Shown: one piece after another, positions 26,485-34,851 of the stretch
How positions within the stretch are numbered: position 1 is the first letter of the stretch
Layout: every line of letters begins with the position of its first letter
NCBI GenBank assembly: GCA_021797815.1
Contig: JAJZYZ010000010.1
Location: 347-64,346 of the forward strand
Length of the DNA: 64,000 nucleotides
From: Bacillota bacterium
GTDB taxonomy: Bacteria; Bacillota; Sulfobacillia; Sulfobacillales; JAIMBI01
Reading direction: 5' to 3'
Notes under the pieces: generated by a model
What the model saw: the letters and a program-made list of their open reading frames with translations, nothing else
Told to the model about the DNA's origin: nothing
Database searches by the model: none
Program-made: the position numbers and the translations under genes

Positions 26485-28245
26485 ATGGCGCAAGGGGAGT
26501 CTCCATTCCGTTTTTCTCCGCGCCCCAACCGGGCCTCCGAGATTCTCTGGCAGCCGTGGTCCGAGGAGGCTTTCGGCCGGGCCCAGGAGGAGAACCGTCC
26601 GATCCTGCTGTCCCTATCGGCGGTGTGGTGCCACTGGTGCCATGTGATGGACGAGACCACCTACTCCGATCCCGACATCATCCGTCTCATCAATCAAGAG
26701 TTTATCCCAGTCCGGGTCGACCAGGACGTGCGTCCCGACATCAACCTGCGCTACAACATGGGCGGCTGGCCTACGACGGCCGTGCTGACGCCCGCCGGCG
26801 ACGTGCTCACCGGCGGCACCTACGTGCCCCCGGATGCCATGCGCGAGCTGCTGGGCCAGGCGCGGGACTACTTTGCCGAGCATGCGGCCGAGCTTGGATC
26901 CCGCACGACGGCCACCCAGCAGCTGGAGCCGGATCCCGCCTTCGTGGCGCCGCCGGGCGAGGCCGCCCAGGAGATCCTGCAAAGCATCCAGAACCAGTTT
27001 GACCGCGCGTACGGGGGCCTCGGGACGGCGCCCAAGTTCCCGCAGGTCGACGCCTGGGAATGCCTCCTCCTGCGATTTGCGCTGGCAGGCGAAGGGTACG
27101 CCGCCGGCATGACCGTGCGTACCCTGGACGCCATGGCCGGCGGGGGGCTTCATGATGGGGTCGAGGGCGGATTTTTCCGGTATTGCACCACCCGCCAGTG
27201 GACCGACCCGCACTTCGAGAAGATGCTGGACGACAACGCCCGTCTCCTCACCCTGTTCCTTCACGCCTTTCAGGTCACGGGCGATGAGTCGTACCGCGAG
27301 GTGGCCCGCAAGACGGCCGAGTATGTCAAGGCTCGCCTGATGCTGCCAAGCGGTCTCTTCGGCGGCTCGCAGGACGCCGACGAGAGGTACTACGGCCTGT
27401 CGGCCGAAGAGCGCGCGGGGCGGCCGGCGCCGGCCGTGGACCCGACGGCCTATGCGGGTCCCAACGGACTCATGGTCTCCGCCTTCCTCCTGGCCTCGGC
27501 GCTGGTGGACGCGAATCTGCGCGCGCTCGCGCTCACGGCCCTGGAGGTGCTGTTTGACCGCCTCATGAGCCCCGCGGGCCTCCTGCACGACGACCGCGAG
27601 GGCGCGGTCGTGAACTGGCTCTTCGATCTCGTGGCCGTCGGTCACGCGTGCCTCGACGCCTATGAACTGACGGGCGACCGGGAGCACCTCGCGCGCGGGC
27701 GGGCCATCCTCGCCCTCATGGACGATAAGCTCCGCGACCACCGACCGGGATATTTTGACCATCCCGCGGGGACGTCTGAAGAGGGCCGCCTCCAGGATCG
27801 CCAGCGGCCCCTGGCCGAGAATGTGGAGGCGGCGCGCCTGCTCCGGCGCCTCGGCCTTGAAGGCCAGGATCTGGCCCTTATCGATCGCGCAAGCGGTCTC
27901 TTGGGCGCGTATGCCAGCGTCGCCCGTCAGGTGGGCGTGTTCGGGGCTAGCTGGGTCGCGGCCGAGACCGGCTTCTCCGCCGCCCTGCTGGACGTTCGCC
28001 TGGCGGTGCCGGAGTGGCACGAGGGGCAGGATCTGCGGCAGGCCGCCTTCGCCCTCTTCTATCCGGAACGGCGTGTGCGCACCGTCTTGCCGGGCGATCC
28101 CGACCGGGAGGAGCTTGGCGTGGCGGACGAAGATCCCCCGGCCCTCTATCTGTGCCGCGGCACGGTCTGCGCCCCGCCCGTGCACGCCCCCGATGAAATT
28201 GCCGCGGCCGTGCAGGCCCTGGTGTCAGGAGCCGTCCAGATTTGA
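26485..28245 (+). CDS. yyaL: thioredoxin-domain protein, YyaL / DUF255 (N-acylglucosamine epimerase-like) family
   Basis: N-terminal WQPWSEEAFGRAQEENRPILLSLSAVWCHWCHVM with the characteristic CxxC. A long alpha/alpha-toroid-like C-terminal part follows. ATG at 26485 follows GGAGGGAG. Confidence 0.85.
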   Translation: MAQGESPFRFSPRPNRASEILWQPWSEEAFGRAQEENRPILLSLSAVWCHWCHVMDETTYSDPDIIRLINQEFIPVRVDQDVRPDINLRYNMGGWPTTAVLTPAGDVLTGGTYVPPDAMRELLGQARDYFAEHAAELGSRTTATQQLEPDPAFVAPPGEAAQEILQSIQNQFDRAYGGLGTAPKFPQVDAWECLLLRFALAGEGYAAGMTVRTLDAMAGGGLHDGVEGGFFRYCTTRQWTDPHFEKMLDDNARLLTLFLHAFQVTGDESYREVARKTAEYVKARLMLPSGLFGGSQDADERYYGLSAEERAGRPAPAVDPTAYAGPNGLMVSAFLLASALVDANLRALALTALEVLFDRLMSPAGLLHDDREGAVVNWLFDLVAVGHACLDAYELTGDREHLARGRAILALMDDKLRDHRPGYFDHPAGTSEEGRLQDRQRPLAENVEAARLLRRLGLEGQDLALIDRASGLLGAYASVARQVGVFGASWVAAETGFSAALLDVRLAVPEWHEGQDLRQAAFALFYPERRVRTVLPGDPDREELGVADEDPPALYLCRGTVCAPPVHAPDEIAAAVQALVSGAVQI

Positions 28246-28272
28246 CCGGGGCCGCGGCGTACGCGCCGCGCG

Positions 28273-28890
28273 TCAGCGGGGGCGGGCGCTCCCGTCCCAT
28301 CCGGTGTCTTCGGCCCACCTGGCGGCGAGGCGCATCAGGATCCGGGTGGCCGGGTCCTTGATGGGCCCGTACAGCATGAGGTCGTCCACCTGCCCCGCAA
28401 GGCGTGTCTTAAACGCCCCCCAGTCGTCGCGGATGTCGGGATGGGCGCGAAGAAAGTCTCGAAACAAGAGGGCGTAGCGGGCATTGGGCGCCCCCGCCTC
28501 CCGGACATGAATATTGAGCGGCCGGCCCCCCACCGGCGGGGCAAACACCATCTTTGCGCAACTGACGCCAAAACTGGTCTCGGATCGATTCCAGGGCTCG
28601 GGACGGAGACGAAAGCCGAGCCCCAGCATGACCGTTGCGATGGCCGGGTCGCCGACGTCGGCCACCTCTACCTGCAGGTCCAGCACATCTTTGGCCGGGA
28701 GGCCGGGCACGGCCGTCGATCCGACATGCCTTATGGCGACCGCCAGACCTCCCAGGGCGGCGGCAAGCGTGTCGGCAAGATCCTGGAACTCCACCGCCCA
28801 GCGCGGCTGATAGGGCACGAGCGTGACCTGAATCTCGCCGAGCTCATCGGCAAAGGGCACCGCACACACGCTCCCGGTCCCGCCTCGCAC
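28273..28890 (-). CDS. GrpB family protein (UPF0157)
   Basis: VPYQPRW...IRHVGSTAVPGLPAKDVLDLQVEV...NIHV...FRDFLRAHP matches the GrpB nucleotidyltransferase-fold pattern. Confidence 0.8.
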   Translation of the reverse strand: MRGGTGSVCAVPFADELGEIQVTLVPYQPRWAVEFQDLADTLAAALGGLAVAIRHVGSTAVPGLPAKDVLDLQVEVADVGDPAIATVMLGLGFRLRPEPWNRSETSFGVSCAKMVFAPPVGGRPLNIHVREAGAPNARYALLFRDFLRAHPDIRDDWGAFKTRLAGQVDDLMLYGPIKDPATRILMRLAARWAEDTGWDGSARPR

Positions 28891-28941
28891 CGCTCAGACT
28901 CCCGCGGGCGCCGTCGTCCGGGCAGTGGGCTCGCGGTTTAG

Positions 28942-29289
28942 TCAGCCGTCGCGGGTGACAACGTCAGCATCGCCCCAGAGCCTCTCCAGGTCGTAATACC
29001 GCCGTTCCTCCGCAGTAAAGAGATGCACGACCACGTCGCCGAAGTCGAGAAGCGTCCAGTGGGCCCGCCGCCGCCCTTCACGATGGCGGAGCGGATGGCC
29101 CGCCGCGCCCAGCCGGTCGTCCAGCGCCTCGGCCATGGTGTCGATATGGATGAGGTTCCGGCCAGTGACCAGGACAAAATAGTCCGCCACCAGCGTCACG
29201 CGGCGCATGTCAAGAATCAGCGCATCCTCACCCTTGTGCTCTTCCGCCACCGCGAGCGCCATCAGCGCCATCTCGTAGGAATCCGTCAG
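28942..29289 (-). CDS. rsfS: ribosomal silencing factor RsfS
   Basis: DYFVLVTGRN..., WTLLDFGDVVVHLF, YYDLERLWGDA. First ATG is at 29271, but AAAGGAG lies 7 nt upstream of an in-frame CTG at 29289. The 339-aa ORF-track ORF is read-through across yqeK. Confidence 0.85.
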   Translation of the reverse strand: MTDSYEMALMALAVAEEHKGEDALILDMRRVTLVADYFVLVTGRNLIHIDTMAEALDDRLGAAGHPLRHREGRRRAHWTLLDFGDVVVHLFTAEERRYYDLERLWGDADVVTRDG

Positions 29290-29351
29290 CCGGTCGCTCC
29301 TTTGGGATCCTTCTCGATTCTCGGGATCATCCCGTGTCTTTATTGTACTCT

Positions 29352-29924
29352 TCACGGGGGTGGGGGCGGCGCGGCCGCCCTGTGTGCGGCCAGCAGGCGG
29401 GGATGCGGCGTGAGTCCGCGCGCCTGCAGGTATCCCAGGGTCGACGCCAGCACCCCCTGGTACGCGTCGCCGAGATTGATGAAAGCCCGGGCGTAAAGAT
29501 CTTCGCGGCCCGGATAGGGGCCGCGGCCCGGTTCCACCCCGTCGGCGACAAACAGGATGCGTCCGGCGCGATCCAGGTGGGGGTGGGCGGTGGTGTGCCA
29601 CCAGATGGCCGCCGCATAAGGCGCCGGCAGCCCCGCATCGCCTGCCCACCCGCCGGCCACCGGTCCGTGCAGCAAGATGGGCGCCGCGGCCTCGTAGGAG
29701 TCCACCGGCCAGGCCTGGCGCCGCGCTTCCATCAAAAGCTCGTCGGCAGACAGCTCTCGGGCCAGATCGTGATAAAGGCCGGCGAGGTATAGAAGATGGG
29801 GATCGTCTCCGTGCGCGGCCGCGAGATCCCGGGCCAGCTCGGCGACGCTGACAGAGTGCGCCTGGCGCCGTGCGGACAGGCGCATCCAAGGGGCGTCCAG
29901 GGCCGTAAGACGCGGGTCCGGCAT
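29352..29924 (-). CDS. yqeK: HD-domain phosphohydrolase YqeK (bis(5'-nucleosyl)-tetraphosphatase family)
   Basis: HSVSVAELA...GLYHDLAR HD motif and WHTT. Sits in the conserved position next to rsfS. Confidence 0.85.
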   Translation of the reverse strand: MPDPRLTALDAPWMRLSARRQAHSVSVAELARDLAAAHGDDPHLLYLAGLYHDLARELSADELLMEARRQAWPVDSYEAAAPILLHGPVAGGWAGDAGLPAPYAAAIWWHTTAHPHLDRAGRILFVADGVEPGRGPYPGREDLYARAFINLGDAYQGVLASTLGYLQARGLTPHPRLLAAHRAAAPPPPP

Positions 29925-29958
29925 GGTCTCGTCCTCGTTCCTGCGAACGCGCCCGGCG

Positions 29959-29989
29959 CAAAATGAACGGAGCCCCCGAAGGGGCCCCG
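29959..29989 (-). terminator. terminator of the RRM gene
   Basis: Minus strand CGGGGCCCC-TTCG-GGGGCTCCG: a 9-bp stem with one G.U pair and a UUCG tetraloop. It is followed by TTCATTTTG and lies 3 nt after the stop. Confidence 0.65.
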
Positions 29990-29991
29990 CT

Positions 29992-30249
29992 CTAGTACTG
30001 GTTCTGGCGCGGCCGCGCTTCGTTCACAATGATGTCGCGGCCACCGAGATTGGTTCCGTTCAAGGCCTCGACGGCCTTCTCGGCGTCCTCGTCACCGACC
30101 TCGACGAAGCCGAAGCCACGTGAGCGCCCTGTCTCCCGATCGGTGATGATGCGCGCGGACACAACCTGCGCGTGCTGCGAAAACGCCTGCATGAGGTCGT
30201 CTTCGGTTGTCGACCACGGGAGATTGCCAACATAAAGGGTCCGGGCCAT
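29992..30249 (-). CDS. RNA-binding protein with a single RRM domain
   Basis: RNP2 LYVGNL and RNP1 RGFGFVEV. 85 aa from the ATG at 30249. Confidence 0.9.
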   Translation of the reverse strand: MARTLYVGNLPWSTTEDDLMQAFSQHAQVVSARIITDRETGRSRGFGFVEVGDEDAEKAVEALNGTNLGGRDIIVNEARPRQNQY

Positions 30250-30419
30250 TGAGATCGATACACCTCCTGTGGGATTCATGCCTCAGGCACCCGGCCAGGA
30301 ACCCAGGCCCCCGGACACCGTCCCCCCAGGAGAGAAAGACTTGTGGTGCTGGGAAACCGCCTGACTCTGGGTATATAGTTTATCCCCCGTCGGCGCGCCG
30401 TGCGCCCCGACCGGTGACT

Positions 30420-31046
30420 CTACGCCTGCCGTTCCGACTCATAGAGGCCGCATTTCCGGATGTAGTCCTCGACCCCTTCCGGTACCAGGTACCGGACCGA
30501 CAGGCCGTTGGACAGGCGCGCACGGACGTCGCTGGATGAGATGGCCAGCGCAGGCACCTCGAGATGGTGCACACGGGAGATGTTGTCTCCCAGCGCCGGC
30601 GCCAAAGAACGCAGCCTGAGCGCGTATCCGGGTCGACTAACCGCTATCACCTCGGCATACCGGAAGATATCCTCGGCCGCATGCCACCCGGCGATTTCCA
30701 TCACCGCATCCGCGCCGGTGATAAAGTACCAGTGCGCGTCCGGGTCTAAGGCATGGAAGTGGGCTAGCGTATCGCTAGTGTACGAGGGCCCCGGTCTCTC
30801 AATCTCTACCCGACTCGTATCAAACCGACGGTTCGATGCGGTGGCCAGAAAGGTCATGAGATACCTGTGCTCGGCCGGTGCCACCGTTCTTGCCTTGTGA
30901 GGAGGTTCACCGGCGGGGACAAAAATCACTCGGTCAAGCGCAAATGCGTCCCGAGCAGTTTCCGCCGCCACCAGATGCCCATAGTGAATCGGGTTGAACG
31001 ATCCACCCATCAAGCCGATTGTCCGGCCTCTCGCTCCCATCTTCAC
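30420..31046 (-). CDS. nadD: nicotinate-nucleotide adenylyltransferase
   Basis: GGSFNPIHYGHL (HxGH motif), PPHK, and SSSDVR near the C-terminus. Confidence 0.9.
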   Translation of the reverse strand: MKMGARGRTIGLMGGSFNPIHYGHLVAAETARDAFALDRVIFVPAGEPPHKARTVAPAEHRYLMTFLATASNRRFDTSRVEIERPGPSYTSDTLAHFHALDPDAHWYFITGADAVMEIAGWHAAEDIFRYAEVIAVSRPGYALRLRSLAPALGDNISRVHHLEVPALAISSSDVRARLSNGLSVRYLVPEGVEDYIRKCGLYESERQA

Positions 31047-31110
31047 TTCTCTCTATTCGAGGAGTCCCTCAAATTTCCTGCAAGACACGCTTGACAACTT
31101 CCGCGCGAAT

Positions 31111-32415
31111 TCATGCGCGTGGTGCGGTTTCCTCCTGGAGCCGATTCCAGAGTATTTCCGGCATGAGCGCGCCCTCGGTGTAGACGAAAAGGCCCGGACC
31201 CACCTGGACCTTCGCACCCTCCTCCACCCCGGCACGCCGCAGCAGCGGACCCGCCCCCCGGCGCCGGAGATACTCGGCCAGATATTCTTCGGCCTCCAGG
31301 TTGCCCCACTGGGTCATGCTGGCCCGCTCCTCGGCGTCACCCAGAAGCCGCCAGAGTCCCTCGTCCTGAGCCACCTCAAGCCCGCGCACGCGCGGCTCCA
31401 CCACCGGCATTGGAAGGTCCGCCGCCGGGGCAGGAATCTCGCGCAGCCGGCGCGCGGTCTCGCCCATGAGCTCCGCCACGCCCTGACCCGTCACGGCCGA
31501 GATGGCGAAGACGGGAACGTCCAGATGGTCGCGCAGGGCTTTCAGCCCTTCGTCGGCACCGGTCAGATCCTGCTTGGTCGCCACCACAATCTCCGGCTGC
31601 TGTTCAAGCGTGGCCGAGAAGGCGTGCAGTTCACCACGAATGGTCTCGTAGTCGTTAACCGGGTCGCGGCCGGACAGGGGCGAGCAGTCGACGAGGTGCA
31701 GGAGAAGGCGGGTGCGCTTGAGGTGCCGCAGGAAGGCATGGCCAAGGCCCGCGCCTTCGTGAGCGCCCTCAATGAGTCCGGGCACGTCGGCTATCACAAA
31801 CGGCTCGCCGTAACGGGCCACGACGCCTAGATTCGGCACCAGCGTGGTGAAGGGGTAGTCGGCGACCCGCGGGCGGGCCGCACTGACACGGCTTATGAGG
31901 GTGGACTTGCCGGCATTCGGAAAGCCCACGAGTCCCACGTCGGCCAGCAAAGTCAGCTCCAGGCGGATGAAAAGTTCCTCGCCCGGCTGCCCCCGTTCCG
32001 CCATGCGCGGCACCCGGTGGGTGGAGCTGGCAAAGCGGGCGTTGCCACGGCCGCCACGGCCGGCGCGGGCCGCTACATAGGTCTGGCCGGGGGTGGTGAG
32101 GTCCGCCAGCAGTCGTCCGTCGTCAGTCATCACCATAGTTCCCGGGGGAACGGGAATGACCAGATCCTCGCCCTGCCGCCCTGAGCGATCGGAGGGGCCG
32201 CCCGGATCCCCGGCCGGCGCCCGAAACTGCGTCTCATGACGGAAATCCATCAGCGTCGAAAGACCCGCGTCCACTTTCAGCACGACGTCGCCGCCCTTGC
32301 CCCCGTCCCCTCCCGACGGGCCGCCGCGTGGCACGTATTTCTCGCGCCGAAAGGCGACGGCCCCGTCGCCTCCACGCCCGGCCTCGATGCGGATGCGTGC
32401 TTCGTCAACGAACAC
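31111..32415 (-). CDS. obg: GTPase Obg/CgtA
   Basis: MFVDEARIRIEAGRGGDGAVAFRREKYVPRGGPSGGDGGKGGDV glycine-rich Obg fold. G1 GFPNAGKST, G3 DVPG, G4 TKQD. C-terminal OCT-like extension. Confidence 0.95.
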   Translation of the reverse strand: MFVDEARIRIEAGRGGDGAVAFRREKYVPRGGPSGGDGGKGGDVVLKVDAGLSTLMDFRHETQFRAPAGDPGGPSDRSGRQGEDLVIPVPPGTMVMTDDGRLLADLTTPGQTYVAARAGRGGRGNARFASSTHRVPRMAERGQPGEELFIRLELTLLADVGLVGFPNAGKSTLISRVSAARPRVADYPFTTLVPNLGVVARYGEPFVIADVPGLIEGAHEGAGLGHAFLRHLKRTRLLLHLVDCSPLSGRDPVNDYETIRGELHAFSATLEQQPEIVVATKQDLTGADEGLKALRDHLDVPVFAISAVTGQGVAELMGETARRLREIPAPAADLPMPVVEPRVRGLEVAQDEGLWRLLGDAEERASMTQWGNLEAEEYLAEYLRRRGAGPLLRRAGVEEGAKVQVGPGLFVYTEGALMPEILWNRLQEETAPRA

Positions 32416-32968
32416 GGCCGGCTCCTTCCTGCCACTCGCGGCTCATCCCGGCCGCGTGGTCACGCCACTGCGGGCCCCCGGGCAGTCTGTCCGCCAGATT
32501 CCCCAATCTATCGGCCATCCGCGCGGCCGCAATCGAGTTCGCTCGAGCGCACCGCGATGGAACGAGAGGTCGGGGCCGCTCTCCCATCATGACCGGCTCT
32601 TCCGGATGGCGAAGCTCATGGCCGCAGAGGTGCCGAGCCTTCCGTCTCGACGCCCTCAGAAGCTCTGGCGGCGCCGAGAATCCCATCAAGCGCCGGTGCG
32701 CCCGCGGTCACCCCTGACCGCGGCCCCAGGGACAGGAGGCGCTCCTGCTCGATTCCCACTTTTCCCACCGTGCGTCGCGCACCTGATCTCCAGTGACGGC
32801 CGGGCGCGCCCGCGGATAGGCAAGAAGGCTGACGGGACGACGGTCTCCGGTCCTCCGTCATAAAAGAGAAAGCCCCGCCCGCATCCCCAACGCATCGGGG
32901 ACCGCCGCACGGGACCTTTCCACGATCTGCGGGTCCTCGGGGCCATCATCGACCCGTCCCTGGTACCG

Positions 32969-33247
32969 CTAGACGGCCTCTTCCGGCACGATGCTCACAT
33001 ATTTCCGGGACAGCCGTCCCGGATGAAACGACACCTTGCCGTCCACCAATGCGTACAGCGTGTAATCCTTGCCGAGGCCCACGTGCTTGCCGGCGTGAAA
33101 GTGGGTGCCGCGCTGGCGGACAATAATGCTGCCGGCTGTCACCCACTGGCCATCCGAGCGCTTGACGCCTAGATATTGCGGGTTCGAGTCGCGGCCGTTG
33201 CGGGAGCTTCCGCCGCCCTTTTTGTGCGCAAACAGCTGAAGTTGCAT
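32969..33247 (-). CDS. rpmA: 50S ribosomal protein L27 (with N-terminal propeptide)
   Basis: [29 protein letters not shown]... Start set to the ATG at 33247, 10 nt after AAAGGGGA. Confidence 0.95.
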   Translation of the reverse strand: MQLQLFAHKKGGGSSRNGRDSNPQYLGVKRSDGQWVTAGSIIVRQRGTHFHAGKHVGLGKDYTLYALVDGKVSFHPGRLSRKYVSIVPEEAV

Positions 33248-33284
33248 TGTACGTGCGTCCCCTTTTCCCACCGTGGTGACTGAA

Positions 33285-33605
33285 TTACCGGCGCGGTCCC
33301 GCCTGAAACGTCACAAACTGCGAATAACTGCCCGCAAGGTCCCGAAGACCTGCCAAGATGGTGTCCACCACCGCCCGCTGCCGGGCATCGGCCCCGGCCG
33401 GGAACCGAAACTCGGCATGTCCCGGTTTCACGTCGACCGCGACACCGCCGGGAACGACCTGTTCAAGCCCGAGTCGGAGCGTCTCCACCAGGGCCGAAAC
33501 CCCGGCGCAGACGATATCCTGGCCGGGATCGTTTTGCCCGGCATGACCGTCAACCTCGATGCTTCGGGTTTCCCCTGCCTCAAACTCGACCGCGATCCGG
33601 ACCAT
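33285..33605 (-). CDS. prp: ribosomal-processing cysteine protease Prp (YsxB/DUF464)
   Basis: 106 aa lying between rplU and rpmA. Carries GHAG....[10 protein letters not shown], which holds the catalytic His and Cys of the Prp family. Confidence 0.85.
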   Translation of the reverse strand: MVRIAVEFEAGETRSIEVDGHAGQNDPGQDIVCAGVSALVETLRLGLEQVVPGGVAVDVKPGHAEFRFPAGADARQRAVVDTILAGLRDLAGSYSQFVTFQAGPRR

Positions 33606-33617
33606 CCGTCAACCCGC

Positions 33618-33947
33618 TCAGGATGTGGCCGCAGACAGTTCGATGCGGTCAATGAGCACCCGGCTCAGATATTGACGATGACCCTGACGGCGTCGGTAAT
33701 TCTTCTTGGGCTTGTACTTGAAGACAAGAATCTTCTTGCCGCGCTCCTGGGCCACTACGGTGGCCAGCGCCCGCGCGCCGGTCACGTAGGGACGCCCGAT
33801 GTGCGCATCGCCGGCGTCATCCACTACCAAAAGAAGACGCTCAAAAGCGATTGTCGTCCCCGCGTCTACGGGAAGCTTTTCTATCACGATCTGCTGGCCA
33901 GGCTGCACGTTGTACTGCCGCCCGCCGGTTTCAACTACCGCGTACAT
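33618..33947 (-). CDS. rplU: 50S ribosomal protein L21
   Basis: MYAVVETGGRQYNVQPGQ...KKILVFKYKPKKNYRRRQGHRQ. ATG at 33947. Confidence 0.95.
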   Translation of the reverse strand: MYAVVETGGRQYNVQPGQQIVIEKLPVDAGTTIAFERLLLVVDDAGDAHIGRPYVTGARALATVVAQERGKKILVFKYKPKKNYRRRQGHRQYLSRVLIDRIELSAATS

Positions 33948-33989
33948 GCCTGCCGTCCCCCTATGACCCACAAAGAAAGTCCGTCGGCT

Positions 33990-34019
33990 ATGCTAGCATT
34001 CGCGGAAAGGCTTTGTCAA
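33990..34019 (-). promoter_or_regulatory. promoter of the rplU-prp-rpmA operon
   Basis: TTGACA (34019-34014), 18-nt spacer, and an extended -10 TGcTAGCAT (33995-33990 hexamer). Followed by a leader of about 40 nt. Confidence 0.55.
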
Positions 34020-34040
34020 ACGCCGTATCCGCCCGTTTCC

Positions 34041-34724
34041 TTAGGCGCCCGCCTTGTCCACCGGCCACCCCCGGGCCTCGATGGGGGCCGACGCCGGATA
34101 GAGACGCGCCACCGAGGCGGGGAGCCTTTCTGCGAACGCCTCGTCAGGCGTAAAGAGCGCGACCTGGATGCCCATCTCTTCGGCTTCCGGCAGATTCCGC
34201 TCTTTGTCGTCAATCAAGAGACACGCCGCCGGTTTGCTCCCGGCGGCTTTTAGGGCGTGGTGGTAGATGCGGGGGTCGGGCTTGGCCGCGCCGACCCGGG
34301 CGGAGTTCACGACCGCGTCAAAAACGGGCCACAGGCCGCGCGCGTAGAGGCGCTGCTCCAGCATGGTGTCGGCGTTGCTCACGGCCACGATCCGCAGTCC
34401 CATCGCGCGCGCGCCGCCGAGAAACTCCACCATGGCCTGATTGACGGTCACCTCGTACACCGAGCGAATGGCTTCGAGGCGCCCCGCGTCCACCTGGAGG
34501 CGTGCGGCCACGGCCCGCATGAAGCTTACGTAATCGATCTCCCCGGTCCGGCACGCGCTCCAGGGCCCTTCCGCGCCATAGAATACCGCTTCCGGATCGA
34601 CCTCCGGATCCGGTCGCAGCTCCTCACGAAGACGGACCCAGAATTCGGGGTTGGGCATCAGGAGGACCCCCCCGACATCGGTCAGGATGGTCTCGATCGG
34701 AGTCTGAAACTCGGAAGAAGCCAC
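34041..34724 (-). CDS. HAD superfamily hydrolase
   Basis: Motif I LTDVGGVL (atypical), motif II VSNA, and motif III/IV KPDPRIY...LIDD. GTG at 34724 lies 7 nt after GGAGG. Confidence 0.75.
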   Translation of the reverse strand: MASSEFQTPIETILTDVGGVLLMPNPEFWVRLREELRPDPEVDPEAVFYGAEGPWSACRTGEIDYVSFMRAVAARLQVDAGRLEAIRSVYEVTVNQAMVEFLGGARAMGLRIVAVSNADTMLEQRLYARGLWPVFDAVVNSARVGAAKPDPRIYHHALKAAGSKPAACLLIDDKERNLPEAEEMGIQVALFTPDEAFAERLPASVARLYPASAPIEARGWPVDKAGA

Positions 34725-34851
34725 GCTCTTTCCTCCAAACGATGGTGACGACACTAAGGCCGGGGCGGGGAGCAACCCCTCCGGGACCCGGCTTGCGGCC
34801 ACGGGTGGGCCGTGCGCGCCGAACCCACGCCCTGGCGTTCTCGCGGCCTGG

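Noticed and set aside
26614-28185. 523-aa minus-strand ORF
   Set aside because: It is antisense to the thioredoxin-domain yyaL gene, has a biased Arg/Gly/His composition, and shows no recognisable domain.
28942-29961. 339-aa minus-strand ORF taken as one gene
   Set aside because: Only its last 109-115 codons are RsfS. The upstream part is an out-of-frame read-through across yqeK (Arg/Pro/Gly junk), while yqeK itself is clear in another frame.
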